64,000 bases of DNA from an uncultured Nitrososphaerales archaeon (GCA_963713605.1 CAVQMO010000010.1:512001-576000), one strand, 5' to 3'; shown: positions 22,876 through 34,744, numbered from the stretch's first letter. Numbers and translations: made by a program. The notes: generated from the letters alone by a model not told the origin.

Positions 22876-23473
22876 ATGATGTATATATTTGCGATCGGAA
22901 TCCTGGCCACAGTACCTTGGGGCATCATTATTTCTAACAAGCAACCAATTTTCATTGCCAGACCAGCAAGCGATAGCTCAAGGTCAACAACAGGAAACTG
23001 CAGTCGGCCAAAAAATTGTACAACAAGGTACAGTTAGTTCAGATGTGGACCCTTTGAAGGGACATGAAGGTCACCAAGCAGCAGTAATTCTTCCCCCAAG
23101 GAATGACAGCGCAGTATATTCTGGCACGCTAACATTTACGGCCAGTAAGCCAGTACAGGTAGCAGTAATAAACTTGTACAATTTAGATAATGCAACGACT
23201 GCACGAATACCTGAGAAATTTGGAACTCTTCTTACAGCAGATGCACCATGGAACACCAGCGCTACTGTTACTCCTTTGATGATGAATGTAGAGTATTTAG
23301 ACTCACCCACTATGTCCAAATCTGTACCTTTTGTTGGAAATTTGGTTGCACTTCATACGATGGACGGAGAGCCATTTATTGCAAATTATGTGGTAGCAGC
23401 TAACGTACTTAAACCTCAAATAGTCAATAACCTTGATAGTGCAATGGCCACCACTACAAATTCGACTGGTTAA
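22876..23473 (+). CDS. secreted hypothetical protein, frameshift in signal-peptide region
   Basis: MMYIFAIGILATV (from 22876) joins LGASLFL.. after a 1-nt shift. Contains a DPLKGHEGHQAAVILPPR motif. Confidence 0.7.
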
Positions 23474-23638
23474 TGCTACTGTTCTAGATAATGCCATTAG
23501 AAGTGGAGACTTACATAGTGCATGCGCAATAGACAGAGCAAAGTACCTTATCCATTTTCTTCGTGCTATCCACGAATTGATTCGATTCTCTATATCTGCA
23601 ATGAGAATGCATAATAATATCCGATATTATATTCATTT

Positions 23639-23917
23639 ATGGCTGCAACCACATTTCTGGTCTTTTATAGATTCAAGAGTATGAACAGTGATGAAGCGGC
23701 TAAAGCTAAATCTGAGTGGAATGATCTAAGGAACAATTTACCATCAGGAATAGAACTCGCTGGTGAATATAATCACGCTTGGGGAACTGAATATAATGGA
23801 TTCTTACTATTTGAATCAGAAAGTAGTGATGCATTCCTTGATTGGTGGTCAAAGTTTAAAGACAATATAAGATGGTATATAGAACAAACACATACGATAG
23901 CTGCTAGAAGACGTTAG
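23639..23917 (+). CDS. small ferredoxin-like-fold hypothetical protein
   Basis: Clean 92-aa ORF containing HAWGTEYNGFLLFE. Confidence 0.7.
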   Translation: MAATTFLVFYRFKSMNSDEAAKAKSEWNDLRNNLPSGIELAGEYNHAWGTEYNGFLLFESESSDAFLDWWSKFKDNIRWYIEQTHTIAARRR

Positions 23918-24145
23918 TTAGCAACTACTTGGCGACCGGCCTCAGCATTGTCGCAATTACATAGATAGACCAATCAAGTCAAGTTATGCCTCTACCCAAT
24001 TAATCCGAATCAAATTGGTTTTGTAAGGCATTACAGGGAAAGTTCGTTTTGTCAGAGTTTCCATAAGTTAAAAAATATTAGGTTAATTTTTAATCATATT
24101 CAATTTCGCTGCATTCTTTTCTTCCTTCTTATTCAAAGTTATTTC

Positions 24146-24478
24146 CTAGTGCTTTTTATTCCAATGATCTACAAAATCATCGATTATTGGCTGAAGACAG
24201 CTTTTACATAATTCATTATGCCGTTTTGCAGTTTTTCCAATATTGTTACCATAATTAATGCAATGCCAGCATCCTATAAACGGAGTCAGATAAACTACTC
24301 TATATCCTAAATATCTTGAGGTATATCCCCATGCTTCCCCCACTATGCACATCTCTGGCTTGCAAATAAGCAAATGTAAATCATCCCTATCGAGATCGCT
24401 TTTAATCAAACGTAACTGACACACAATGGACCATAAAACAATAAAAATGGAGCTAACGAAGTTAAGACCCCTTACCAA
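24146..24478 (-). CDS. Cys-containing hypothetical protein, paralogue of 45152..45574 (5' end uncertain)
   Basis: CIVGEAWGYT..GCWHC..FVDHWNKKH. Confidence 0.65.
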   Translation of the reverse strand: MVRGLNFVSSIFIVLWSIVCQLRLIKSDLDRDDLHLLICKPEMCIVGEAWGYTSRYLGYRVVYLTPFIGCWHCINYGNNIGKTAKRHNELCKSCLQPIIDDFVDHWNKKH

Positions 24479-24929
24479 TTTTGGTTTTGGACTTGATGTA
24501 TAAGAAAAGAGACAACCAGCAGTGGAGAAATCTATTTAAAAGAAGGAAAAAGACTAGTGTACTTCCATCCTTCTAAAGTAGGAGTTCATCTCTATCTCTA
24601 GCCAATCACTTAGCGCTTTATTCATATTTTTAGTAAAACGATCTTTGTGAGTATACCATTTTATTTGACTTGTACTGACAAATTGTATATAGTTGCCTTT
24701 ATCCAAAAAAATAGGATCGCCACACCTGCACAATTTCTTATCGGATAGACTTCCTTTTCAGGCAGTTAATTTTGATCTTCCCATTTATCCTTAATTTATT
24801 TTTCTTCAATCGTTTCGCTGTAGGCATCACAAGTTAATACCATCTTGCATTTGACACAGAATTTCTGATTTGTATCCGACCCTAATTGACAAAACATCAG
24901 CAAGACAATGGCAATGCGAATGAAAAGGC

Positions 24930-25050
24930 AGACTCCTTTCCCATCGGGGTTATTTTCAGCCCAAATTTTACCTCCGTGAGCTTCAATAATGCTTTTTGAT
25001 ATAAATAGACCAAGCCCGGTTCCTATAAAGGACTTGGAAGCAAACTTTGA
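24930..25050 (-). pseudogene. histidine kinase HATPase_c C-terminal fragment
   Basis: SKFASKSFIGTGLGLFISKSIIEAHGGKIWAENNPDGKG. Confidence 0.85.
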
Positions 25051-25053
25051 GAT

Positions 25054-25176
25054 CATCTCTCTATGTCTCTTCTGAATGTTGACAGGTATTATCTGCATGT
25101 CTCCCGTCCGCATCAGCCAGAGCTGCCCCTCTGTGTAGTAGTGATAGTTCTCGAATTCACCATTCCTTCTTTTCAG
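25054..25176 (-). pseudogene. terminase-like internal fragment, sub-family B
   Basis: LKRRNGEFENYHYYTEGQLWLMRTGDMQIIPVNIQKRHREM matches 29190-29303. Confidence 0.85.
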
Positions 25177-25405
25177 TCGGTCAGAACAGGAGATGCAAAT
25201 AAGAGAGATCATTAAAGAAAATATGGATCATATCAAATCATTTCAGGAGATTAAGTCACAGGATTTATCGAGAGACGAAATTGATGAAGTGGTTAATTTG
25301 GTAAAAAAAGAAATATCGGGGTGCGAAAACTCTGAAAGATGATAGGACATAATTATTTAACTCTAAATCACCAACCTAAGGGAGTCATAAATCTTTTATC
25401 CTAGA

Positions 25406-25924
25406 GTGGTTACCCTTGAGTATAAACAACGCGAGAAGAATGTGAACAATGATAGAAACGATAATTCAGAGCTAAAGAAGGGGGCTGTACATGATGGAAA
25501 GTTAAAGCCAGCTCACATAAAATCTACATCATCACCATTAACTTCTCAGCCCCAACAGCAGAAGAGGATTCTAGTGATTGACGATAACCCGGATATTGTG
25601 TTTACCTTACGTGTTGGACTAGAAAGTGATCCAACTATGCAGGTTTTTGGTTATGATAATCCAGTTACTGCTCTAGTAGAATTTAAACCTAATTTTTACG
25701 ATTTATTACTAATTGATGTAAACATGCCTTTGATGGACGGATTTCAATTAGTCCAGAATTTAGTACGTCGGGACCTCAATATCAGGGTTTGCTTTATGAC
25801 CTCCGGTGAAATAAATATGAATGCAGCAAGAGAAGTGCATCCACTCAAGAGTATTGGATGTTTTATCAAGAAGCCAATCACTGCAAAAGAGCTGTTAAAG
25901 CGCATTAGAGCAGAGTTTGAATAG
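25406..25924 (+). CDS. response regulator receiver protein
   Basis: ILVIDDNPD, DLLLIDVNMP.MDG, FMT, FIKKP. Confidence 0.92.
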   Translation: MVTLEYKQREKNVNNDRNDNSELKKGAVHDGKLKPAHIKSTSSPLTSQPQQQKRILVIDDNPDIVFTLRVGLESDPTMQVFGYDNPVTALVEFKPNFYDLLLIDVNMPLMDGFQLVQNLVRRDLNIRVCFMTSGEINMNAAREVHPLKSIGCFIKKPITAKELLKRIRAEFE

Positions 25925-27207
25925 AATCAGAATTAGAGAAACAATTATTCCACCTAGAGCATAATCTTTCGAGTACACGCCATCGGTGATGTTGGTGTCT
26001 CTCCGCACTTACTCTGCGGGTTTTCTGTACACTTGGCTGGCCAACGACCTATTAAGTCGATGTATAAAGACCTGGACGACCTATTAAGTGGGGTGGTTGA
26101 GGATTAGATGACAACTATGAAAAGCACACAGATCCCATAGGTGACTAGGTTACCTTGCCGGACAAATTAAAAATATTGGATAAATAGGAAAAGATCTTTT
26201 CTTTATAGAGGACTAAACTATCAGATAAGGTGTTTCATGTAAAGACTTTCTTAAGATCTGACGTTGCCATATGAAATAACCTATTTCGCAATTATATTGT
26301 CTTTCACGTCCATTGCGAAAGCTGGTTCTGGACCAGGGTGAATTAAGAAAATATCTAGACGTTGTAATAAAGGAAGTAAAAAAAGGAGAAAGATCTTCAT
26401 CACCTAGCTAGTAGTACAAAAGGGGTTAAACTGATACCCTAAAGTTATCCGCGGTAGCTCAAATGATTAAACTAGTATTATTCGTTTGTGTAGTCAGTAT
26501 TATACATCGTCGATCTAGAAATCAGTGGGCTTCGCACATATCAAAATCACTGAAAATAGTGGTTCCTTAATAAGTTGAGTATTTTAGAACTAAATGTGAA
26601 TCAGTGCGACATCGAGACGGCGGTACAAGGTGTGTTTTTCTAAAGTCTTAATGTTAATATAGGTTAGTTCTCAGTGCTTTCCTCTTCTTATTACTGTCGC
26701 TTCCGAAGAATCATACTGGCATTGAATAATGCATGAATAAATATCCACCTTTATGGAAACTACGGGTTAAAAACTGCTAGTATCAAGATTGTACTTTGGA
26801 AGTTCATAGTTCATAAGTACAAGCCTCAACGAATCTAATAGATTGTCATGCGAGGTCAGTTGCTTATCGAGTTTCCACTCATCTGAATCAAACAAAGCGC
26901 GAGTATGCAAATATCAAGCAGGATTTGACTCAGGAGTTTTTGAAATTCATAAAGATAAGTGAAGAATGTGAGATTTTTGACTTAAATTTTGGGTTCAGAG
27001 TGTTAACAGCCGATTATCATTATATCTTTTATCTACAATTCACGTACGTGTGAAGATCAAAGTATCTACTGTTCCCTTTAATGTTCACAAATCATTTTAT
27101 GATGTCTCTAGAGGCATAATAAACTCCTATCCTTGGAATGTAGTGCAATATCGCAAGCGACATCATTCGTGAAAATTTGGAACTTCCTTACTAGTAATAT
27201 CCTTACT

Positions 27208-27432
27208 CTACTTCCATAAGTCTAAATAAGCGGCTATTGACTCCGCCAATCTTCTATGAAACCACGCCATATCGGAATCGCCTAGGCTTGCAAATCGCTT
27301 ACTTAAAGCCACTTCATTCTTAAAAATCTCAACTAAACGAGCCTTTTCTCTGGCTTTATCCCTATCTAAATACTTGTCTGTCACCTTTAAAAGTTCGTCT
27401 AACTCTGATTGCCTTTCTTCTGGACTTGACAT
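27208..27432 (-). CDS. small helical protein, paralogue of 43695..43919
   Basis: MS.PEER..ELD.L.KV....LDR..AR..A..H..LA.SIA.YLD shared with the paralogue. Confidence 0.75.
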   Translation of the reverse strand: MSSPEERQSELDELLKVTDKYLDRDKAREKARLVEIFKNEVALSKRFASLGDSDMAWFHRRLAESIAAYLDLWK

Positions 27433-27594
27433 AAGTTGACTTGATGCTTCTAAGTTTTAAGGGTTAGTTAGTCGTATATTAAATCACATTGGGATATATG
27501 GAATTAATGGCAAGAACCCAGAACATAGAAATCATAGGTAATCTGATTGATAGTTTTGTTCATGCCGAACTCTACTGCAATGATATGATGGCTC

Positions 27595-27984
27595 CTATTT
27601 TATCCATCCGATTATCAATTCAAGATCTCTTAAAGTATTGTGTATTGCATGAGCCATTGCTCTATGCTGTGATGCTACAGTAAGATCATTTTGTCCAACA
27701 AATACCGACGCCAGAGCAATCTCTCTCTCAAAGTCACGCACCAAGATATCTCTTAATCTGTTCCCTGCCGTTCTGAAATCATCATCTAATCCGTGACCTA
27801 GTTTTCTGCTAAGACTGAGCAATATCATTTCTCTCTCACTCGAACTGGATACTTGGTTACGATTCGCTTGGATAACGGGCCAGCAACAACACTCAGATTG
27901 GGAACAGTGTGGACAGGATGTTGGTGACGGGCTCTCGACACACTCTTGAAGACTGCAGCCACAATCGACGCAAGTCATTTTCAT
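27595..27984 (-). CDS. Cys-rich N-terminus plus helical domain related to 27208..27432
   Basis: CVDCGC..CPHC..ECCCW, then F..EIAL...G....A..HR.MA..I...L. Confidence 0.65.
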   Translation of the reverse strand: MKMTCVDCGCSLQECVESPSPTSCPHCSQSECCCWPVIQANRNQVSSSSEREMILLSLSRKLGHGLDDDFRTAGNRLRDILVRDFEREIALASVFVGQNDLTVASQHRAMAHAIHNTLRDLELIIGWIK

Positions 27985-28148
27985 ATAGTTTGATAATACT
28001 GGGCTTCTTATAATATTAATGCCAGAACAACAGAGACATCCTGAGTGTCATCTTTCAAGTTCGCAGTGTTTTTAAGCGAAATCAGCCAGGTACAACTGAA
28101 AAATGGATGTTGAGGAAGCCAAGGCATTGTTGAAGGGGAGAGGCAGTT

Positions 28149-28346
28149 ATGAATAGGCATCATTGCTATATGGTAACAGTATCCAAAAGAGAAGGCAGTC
28201 CGGTACGCCGTATCGATATGGATGGAACGGATGCGATTCTAGCATTAGGCATGATTAGACTGCTTGCAGTTGAGGACACGGTTGGAGACATACTTATCGA
28301 AGTTCATCAAATACCTAATCCCTTCACAGATAAACGATCTTTATAA
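28149..28346 (+). CDS. hypothetical protein
   Basis: Short ORF upstream of the terminase remnant. Confidence 0.35.
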   Translation: MNRHHCYMVTVSKREGSPVRRIDMDGTDAILALGMIRLLAVEDTVGDILIEVHQIPNPFTDKRSL

Positions 28347-28609
28347 ACAAGGTAAAGTAAAAGTGCAGATTACTGTGACAGTTAAAGACGGAAGGATAGT
28401 AAGACACCTCGCCTAACCGCAAATCACTCACAGAAACTTATGAGCAGATCATCTAGCAGCAAAGCAGAGATTAGGTGTTGGTCAGATTGATGATAAACAT
28501 GCAATGTTCCTAAGGTTAAAGAACACGAATCCCTAAAGTAAGAAGGGTTTTACTAGCCAATACCCGACCAGCAAAGAGATAAGATACCAAGCCAAGTCAA
28601 GGCAGGTCT

Positions 28610-28632
28610 AACTAACTAACTAACTAACTAAC
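28610..28632 (+). repeat. (AACT)n microsatellite
   Basis: aactaactaactaactaactaac. Confidence 0.9.
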
Positions 28633-28715
28633 CCTTCGATCGTTTGTTCTTTATTCTTTGCTGCAATTCTAGGGTTTACTGTACGTTTGTGCGTTGGATT
28701 TCTTGTTTTGCTAAA

Positions 28716-29517
28716 GTCCTGTTTGAGAAGATAGAAAGAGAGCCAGAGAATACCTGTTTATACAAACGGTTATTTCTAGACTATACATATGGCATAGACA
28801 AGATATACAGTAGGGAAGGTATAGCACTAGCACAGAAATCTCCTTCATTTGAGAGTGAATACAACCTCAAATATCTGGGTAAGGTCGGCAACGTATTTCA
28901 TACTCTGGACATTGAAGCAGCTATAGTAACGGAGCAGCAAGGTCAGGAAATGCTGGACTGGTCGACAAGTACGATGATAGGCATGGGTATTGATGTTGCT
29001 TGGGGAGATACATCAAAGTTTGCTATCGTCATTACTCAACACAGAAACAACAAAGTGGAAGTGTTCTATGCGGAGAGCTTCGACAAACCACAGATGAATC
29101 AGATAATAAATCACAATCTACAACTGAAACAAAGACATCATATAACGAAGTTGTACGTGGATGGTGCGAATCCAGAAGTCATTAGGGAATTGAAGAGGAG
29201 GATAGGTGAGTACGAGAACTACCACTACTATACTCTCTGGCTGATGTGGACTGGCGACATGCAGATCATCCCAGTCAACTTCCAGAAGAGATACAGAGAG
29301 ATGCTGCAATGGACATATACACTGATGTTCAAGAGGTTTATCAAGATACATCCTTCGCTGCAGAAACTCATAGTATCTCTTCACACTGCAGTTGTGATAG
29401 ATGAATGGAAAGCTAGACAAACTACAAACATCACATAATGATATTCTTGATTCTTTCAGACTGGCGCTTTGCAACTATGAGCCTCCAAAAAATCTGTATT
29501 CGTTATTGGTAAGGTAG
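28716..29517 (+). pseudogene. terminase large subunit-like gene, C-terminal half (RNase H-like nuclease domain), sub-family B
   Basis: FESEYNLKYLG..GNVF, GMGIDVAWG..S, LYVDGANPEVI and, after a frameshift near 29410, TSHNDILDSFRLAL. These match the G-x-D, D-x-A-x-P and H-D-D-x-x-D acidic motifs of TerL nuclease domains. The ATPase half is absent. Confidence 0.75.
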
Positions 29518-29660
29518 AAGTTTTTCAGTACGAGAAAGGTATAGGTTTATCATCAAAAATTGTCAGCAAATTTTTTTCTTACAAGCAAAGCAACAATTGA
29601 TGTTCCAATAAATGTAGCACTCCAATATAACCATAGATTATCCAAAATCCCTCAATATCT

Positions 29661-30212
29661 CTATCTTAGAGATGAGGGTGTAGAAGTCTCTTTATATCTT
29701 ACATAAGGACTCGATTGATGAAAATAAGCTATGTATCCAACTATCAATGATAGAAATACGATAAGGTCGTAGATGAAATATGACGGGCTCAAATATATAT
29801 CACTGTCGAGCTTATCGAGACATGAAATACAGCCAGTCACTACATAGAGATATTGTTCCATTCCTGCAGAATCAGCAACTATGAAATTCCAAGATTGACT
29901 AATTAGCGCAACAACAATAAATGACTTAACCAATCGCATATCCTTAAAAAATGAATTTCTAAACAGAAACCATGTCAAAGTAATTAGCAAACCTAGAATC
30001 ATCACATTGTACAAGTAATGAAATAGTTCTTTAGCAACCTCCGAGTCGTGGTGATCGCGTGTTAATTGAGAACCTACCATAAACTCTTGGATCGTATGTG
30101 CCAAATTTCCCCAGATAGAAAGCCCACTTATAATTAGAGTTATTGATAATATAATGAATCCTTTCATCACTAATTTCTTTTCATCGCATCGTGATTTTAT
30201 GGATAATGTCAT
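29661..30212 (-). CDS. 4-TM membrane protein
   Basis: Four hydrophobic segments, with His residues and a CISC motif. Confidence 0.7.
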   Translation of the reverse strand: MTLSIKSRCDEKKLVMKGFIILSITLIISGLSIWGNLAHTIQEFMVGSQLTRDHHDSEVAKELFHYLYNVMILGLLITLTWFLFRNSFFKDMRLVKSFIVVALISQSWNFIVADSAGMEQYLYVVTGCISCLDKLDSDIYLSPSYFIYDLIVFLSLIVGYIAYFHQSSPYVRYKETSTPSSLR

Positions 30213-30483
30213 CTAATTCGAATCACCACCTGCACTTCAAACACGGCAAGTCTTGTCGCATCTATGACAGCACATCTGTTTGTTAGAGACGGTGATTTGA
30301 TACTCACGTTTAATTATGACAAGAAGTTACTTAACTCTTCTTGTATTATAAGTTGGTTAGTAATATCGTCGAAGCATTGAACACAGAACCATATGCAAGT
30401 TAGTAATAATGATGCTACAAAGTTCAGGTTCCAATGTTACAATAATTTAATCTATAGGCTGTCTAATTAATCTCATTCTATAT

Positions 30484-30684
30484 TTGATTATTGTGGCATT
30501 AATAGAACTGATTGTAGGTCTAGCATACCTGGTAATTGGATTCATACTGACGTATTTATCTTTGGAAATAACCTGGCATTTCACTGCATGCAGGATCACA
30601 GAGGGTGACGCAAAAATGATAAAACCGTGTCTGTTCAAACAGGCTAAACTATTACTTGCAACAGTACCTAATATGAGTACTTAG
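30484..30684 (+). CDS. small membrane protein
   Basis: Single long hydrophobic helix ending LEITWHF. Confidence 0.55.
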   Translation: MIIVALIELIVGLAYLVIGFILTYLSLEITWHFTACRITEGDAKMIKPCLFKQAKLLLATVPNMST

Positions 30685-31092
30685 AGCCAACGACTAGGAT
30701 ATAAATGATCCAAATCTATTATTTTTTACTGAATTATGGCAAGACTTTAAAGTGCTTTAAAAGATTTACGAGGAGGAGATCTGTTCAATGCGACTTGAAC
30801 TCACAAGCACAGTATGAGTGGTCTCCAATTTTAGAAATTATCAATAAGCGCACGGCTTATATATTATAGATATCTTGAAGCTACCCAGTGTTATTATTAT
30901 GGTAACATCTGTCAAAGGATAGATAAGCTACGGGAAGATGAAGAACTGGTTTATGCGGCCACTTTGTTAAGTCCTTGCAAGGTTATTATGCTAATACCCC
31001 CGACAGAAACTAAATGATTTCCTTTAATGTTTGTCACGTTTCAAATAAAAGTTTAGGCCGCATATTTTAAATAGTTAACGCAATAGAACTTC

Positions 31093-31575
31093 TTACAACG
31101 GCAAATCTGGTGATCGGATTTGTTGTGCCCTATGCGTAACTAACCTAAAGATCGCTCTTTTCTTGTTAAGAATAATTGTTAGAGTCGTAAGTATATATGT
31201 TGTCTGCATTACTTCGGTTAACAAAGCTATGGGATTCTTATCTTGCAACTCTATGCCTGTTATTTCATTTGGAATCCTTGTCAATGCTATCAGTGAGGTT
31301 AGTGCAATAGTTCCTATTAGACCTGCATAAAACCAGCGTGTATTCCAGTTTAATGCCATTGGTATCGCCCAGAAGATTTGTGCTATTCCAGATATAAGGA
31401 ATAAGCCATCAGTATATGGAAGTAATTCCATGGGAAAATTGAGAGGCTTCATTGAAGGCCCGATCATTATTAGGTGTAGAATCCCTGCAATCATAGTAGT
31501 TGCTGCTGCTATGTAGAATAGAACATGATTTTCGAACAAAACAGTTTTCACGCCAAACCGTATGACACTTGACAA
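31093..31575 (-). CDS. 4-TM membrane protein
   Basis: AGILH..F...GIAQIFWA.P..W...G..GT..L.....R.P. Confidence 0.75.
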   Translation of the reverse strand: MSSVIRFGVKTVLFENHVLFYIAAATTMIAGILHLIMIGPSMKPLNFPMELLPYTDGLFLISGIAQIFWAIPMALNWNTRWFYAGLIGTIALTSLIALTRIPNEITGIELQDKNPIALLTEVMQTTYILTTLTIILNKKRAIFRLVTHRAQQIRSPDLPL

Positions 31576-32171
31576 TTACCACAAACCTCCAACTACGTCA
31601 TTCTTAATTGATTCATAGTCCATACCATATAATGGCTTCAGTTTCTTATGTAGTATCATTATAATCCTTTATCACGTATGTTGATGAATTATGATTAAAC
31701 ATACTACTTGGTAATCAGTAACGAACAATCTTGGCAAATCAAAGATAATATTTAGGAGCGTTAATCCCTGTAGGGTGCCCATTGTAACCAATTTATCGAA
31801 ATAATAGAATTTGTTAGTTGGGTGGCCTTAGGTTTCACCAATGTCCCGGCTTACGATAGTGCAGTCCGTTCAACACATGTTTGTATTGCACTAGAAATAT
31901 AATCCACACCGATACGTTATGGAACGACTCTAGTTCTGCAGGAATTGTGTTCGTGATCATGAACTCACGTATTGTGAGTAATGGTGAGGTACAACCTAAT
32001 TTACAATTAGGAAACTTTTTTCCGGCAACTTTTGTATGTATCTATTAGTCATTTTGATATGAATGATGAGGTATTATAAATCATAATCTTTTGTTCAAAG
32101 AAGGAGGATTCTCTATTAATCATACCCGGAATATACAAAACTTATTGAGCATCGCTCCTATATTAGAGATT

Positions 32172-32462
32172 ATGAGTAAACTGATGTATGTAAAAAAACT
32201 AGAAGTAAAGAAGGAACAAATACCTACAGATAAACACTTAACGACCAACCATAAGACATTGATGCACACGATCGTAGCCGTTGTAGGATTGTCAATACTG
32301 ATAGGAGTCGGGTTCGCATTTATGGGATACACCTCAGGTCACTTTTCAGAGGCATATGTGTTATGTAAGAACGACGTGTTATCACAAGAAAGGATAGGTG
32401 TATTCCAATCTGCAAACGAAATTACTGCGGCGCTACAATCATGTAATGGAGTAACCAATTAG
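32172..32462 (+). CDS. single-TM hypothetical protein
   Basis: TM helix plus two Cys. Start codon uncertain. Confidence 0.55.
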   Translation: MSKLMYVKKLEVKKEQIPTDKHLTTNHKTLMHTIVAVVGLSILIGVGFAFMGYTSGHFSEAYVLCKNDVLSQERIGVFQSANEITAALQSCNGVTN

Positions 32463-32714
32463 AGAAGTAGATTTTACGTCAAAGCATAAAGGCTGGATTG
32501 GCTCGTCACAAACACGCATGGTAGGACGGCCAATTCACTTCTACATAGTCCTCGAGTCGGCCAGATGATCTGAATATCGCAATAATCTATCTTCCACCAG
32601 TTTATTCACGTATCTGTTAAGAAATGGTCTGTCCATTTCTACTTTAGATGCCTCTATGAAGTATACTTTAGATGCCTATATGACATAGTTCAATAACAGT
32701 GGACACAACTCGCC

Positions 32715-32845
32715 CAGAAACTCATAGTATCTCTTCACACTGCAGTTGTGATAGATGAATGGAAGCTGACAAACAACAAACGTCCCATGATGATATATTT
32801 GATTCATTTAGGCTTGCTTTATGCAACTATGAGCCAGCGGACTGA
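32715..32845 (+). pseudogene. terminase-like 3' tail, sub-family B
   Basis: QKLIVSLHTAVVIDEWK(L)DKQQTSHDDIFDSFRLALCNYEPAD*, with a 1-nt deletion. Confidence 0.88.
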
Positions 32846-33316
32846 TCTTCCAAAAGATATATCTTTCAAGTTTACCCTAATGCTTTAAAGCTCAAATTTG
32901 GTTGGATGCCTTTATTGCATTCAAGGGAAACAAAGAGAACATAAAAAGGACAAGTCAGTTAAGCTGCTGCATGTACTCTTAGACTCACGACATTTCTCAT
33001 ATTATTACTCGTACCTATGATGTTTACTGCTGACTTTTTCTAGGAATAACTAATCACACAAAAAGTAGGAACAAATTAATAATCACATCTTACTGAGCTC
33101 GGACACGCCGAGCTATAATAGATAATGATGTGGTATACATAGATAATCCGGAGAGGCAGCCCAACAACAATAATGGAATGACAGGGCTAGTACACCAACT
33201 CCCATGATTGGAAGATAGATGCGGATGTACTAGCCCTAGGTATTACCGGATTCTACATCCAATACGAGACCAAAGTATTTAAGCTCTGATGAAGCCGTAG
33301 GATCTAATTACCTTCC

Positions 33317-33502
33317 CCTCACTATAAAGGCGTACGTGGAAAGGGAAGCGTAAAGGTACATAGTGAGATCCATCTTAGATATTTGGGAAACCTAGAAAAT
33401 CCAATGGCACAGGAACTTATCGATGCAATTAAGAAAGGTCAATCAGTTGTTCTAGAGATTACTCCAAAGTATTACTCAACTTGGGATTACAGTAAACAGT
33501 GA
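33317..33502 (+). pseudogene. PPOX/F420-binding family C-terminal fragment
   Basis: PHYKGVRGKG..RYLGNLENPMAQELI..VVLEITPKYYSTWDYSKQ*; paralogue of 41142..41618. Confidence 0.8.
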
Positions 33503-33775
33503 TCATATTTTTCGCGCAATATGAACAGAAAATCTATTACTAAGTTGAGTTCTTGAAAAATGTCGCGGATCATGCGATACAAGAACATGGTGTGCACGCC
33601 GATGAAATCTACTTGAACGATCTTCCGGTCAATCTTTTGTATCATTCCTTTTAACGAATGTGAGGACATTCTGCAATTATTACTGCCTATTAGGAATTAG
33701 TAGAATTGCTTGGATAGTTAAATAGGAATAGTCGAAATATTTGTGTGCAACTTCGATTAGAAAGAGTCTTAAATC

Positions 33776-34213
33776 ATGCAAAACCATCATAATTATATGA
33801 AAAAAACATGTCTAAAATTTGTCTTAGGCGCAGGACTAGGGTTATTTATATTAAGTACTATTCAGGTGTCGGCTCAACCTCTAACAAAGGACACTTTAAC
33901 TGGAAATGTAACAGAAGTAGACATTTCAATAGATCCTGCAGAACCCCTGCCGCCAAACGGGACGGTAACTATCAGTACAGAAGGTGCAACAGATACAGAC
34001 ATGAATGCATTTCCACCTGAAGGAGTTAACGTCATTATCTCAAGTGATACCGTTACAGTAACGAATCAAACCGTAGATCTCGGAACGGCTGAGGGACAGG
34101 AAGATGGATCTGGATCCGGTGATGGAGGTTCTGATGAGGGATCTGGATCCGGTGATGGAGGTTCTGATGAGGGATCTGGATCCGGTGATGGTGGTTTCGA
34201 TGATGAGGAGTGA
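33776..34213 (+). CDS. secreted acidic protein with GSGSGDGGSDE repeats
   Basis: Signal peptide (VSA|Q) and a 33-bp unit repeated about 3 times at 34105-34200. Confidence 0.75.
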   Translation: MQNHHNYMKKTCLKFVLGAGLGLFILSTIQVSAQPLTKDTLTGNVTEVDISIDPAEPLPPNGTVTISTEGATDTDMNAFPPEGVNVIISSDTVTVTNQTVDLGTAEGQEDGSGSGDGGSDEGSGSGDGGSDEGSGSGDGGFDDEE

Positions 34214-34744
34214 GTAGAGGAGTGAAGAATGCGATGACTATTGTCTGAGTATCCTCTTTATTTTCTGCGCGCAAATTTACATCATCCTGAATTGAAATTT
34301 GAATCGAAAAGGCAGGGCCATGGTAGATTGGATGCCGATAGAGTCGCCCGCCTTTATGGTGTGTGTTGCGATTAAGGGCCAACTATCTTCCTGATCGAAA
34401 ATTGACTTTTAGTGTGCAAGTTTCGTATTCCAATTTGTTTGTTGATTGAAATTAGAAAGGTTATCGATGAATCTCATCTAGGGTATACTCTGATATGAGC
34501 CTAGAGGAACCAATACTAACTGTGAGAAACCTTCAAAACTTTTTTAGCGTCAACTGAATCAATTTCTGTCAATGATGATGAGCCCCTTTACCTACGGGAA
34601 TCTAACCGTACAGGGGTAGAGAGAGCATCTTTCCGTAAGATGAGTATTTCGGAAAAGACAACGGATCTAGTCCAATTCAACCATGGTATGTCATCTCATG
34701 CTTGCATACAACATCTTTTAAAGTAGTGAGTCACTCAAGTCATC

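Noticed and set aside
26044..26089. 14-bp direct repeat acgacctattaagt x2; also a 24-bp-period duplication at 32640-32683
   Set aside because: Only two copies each, consistent with small local duplications.
28430..28530. Possible N-terminus of the terminase gene (KQRLGVGQIDDKHAMFLRLKN)
   Set aside because: The position is suggestive but there is no diagnostic motif and it cannot be supported without a search.
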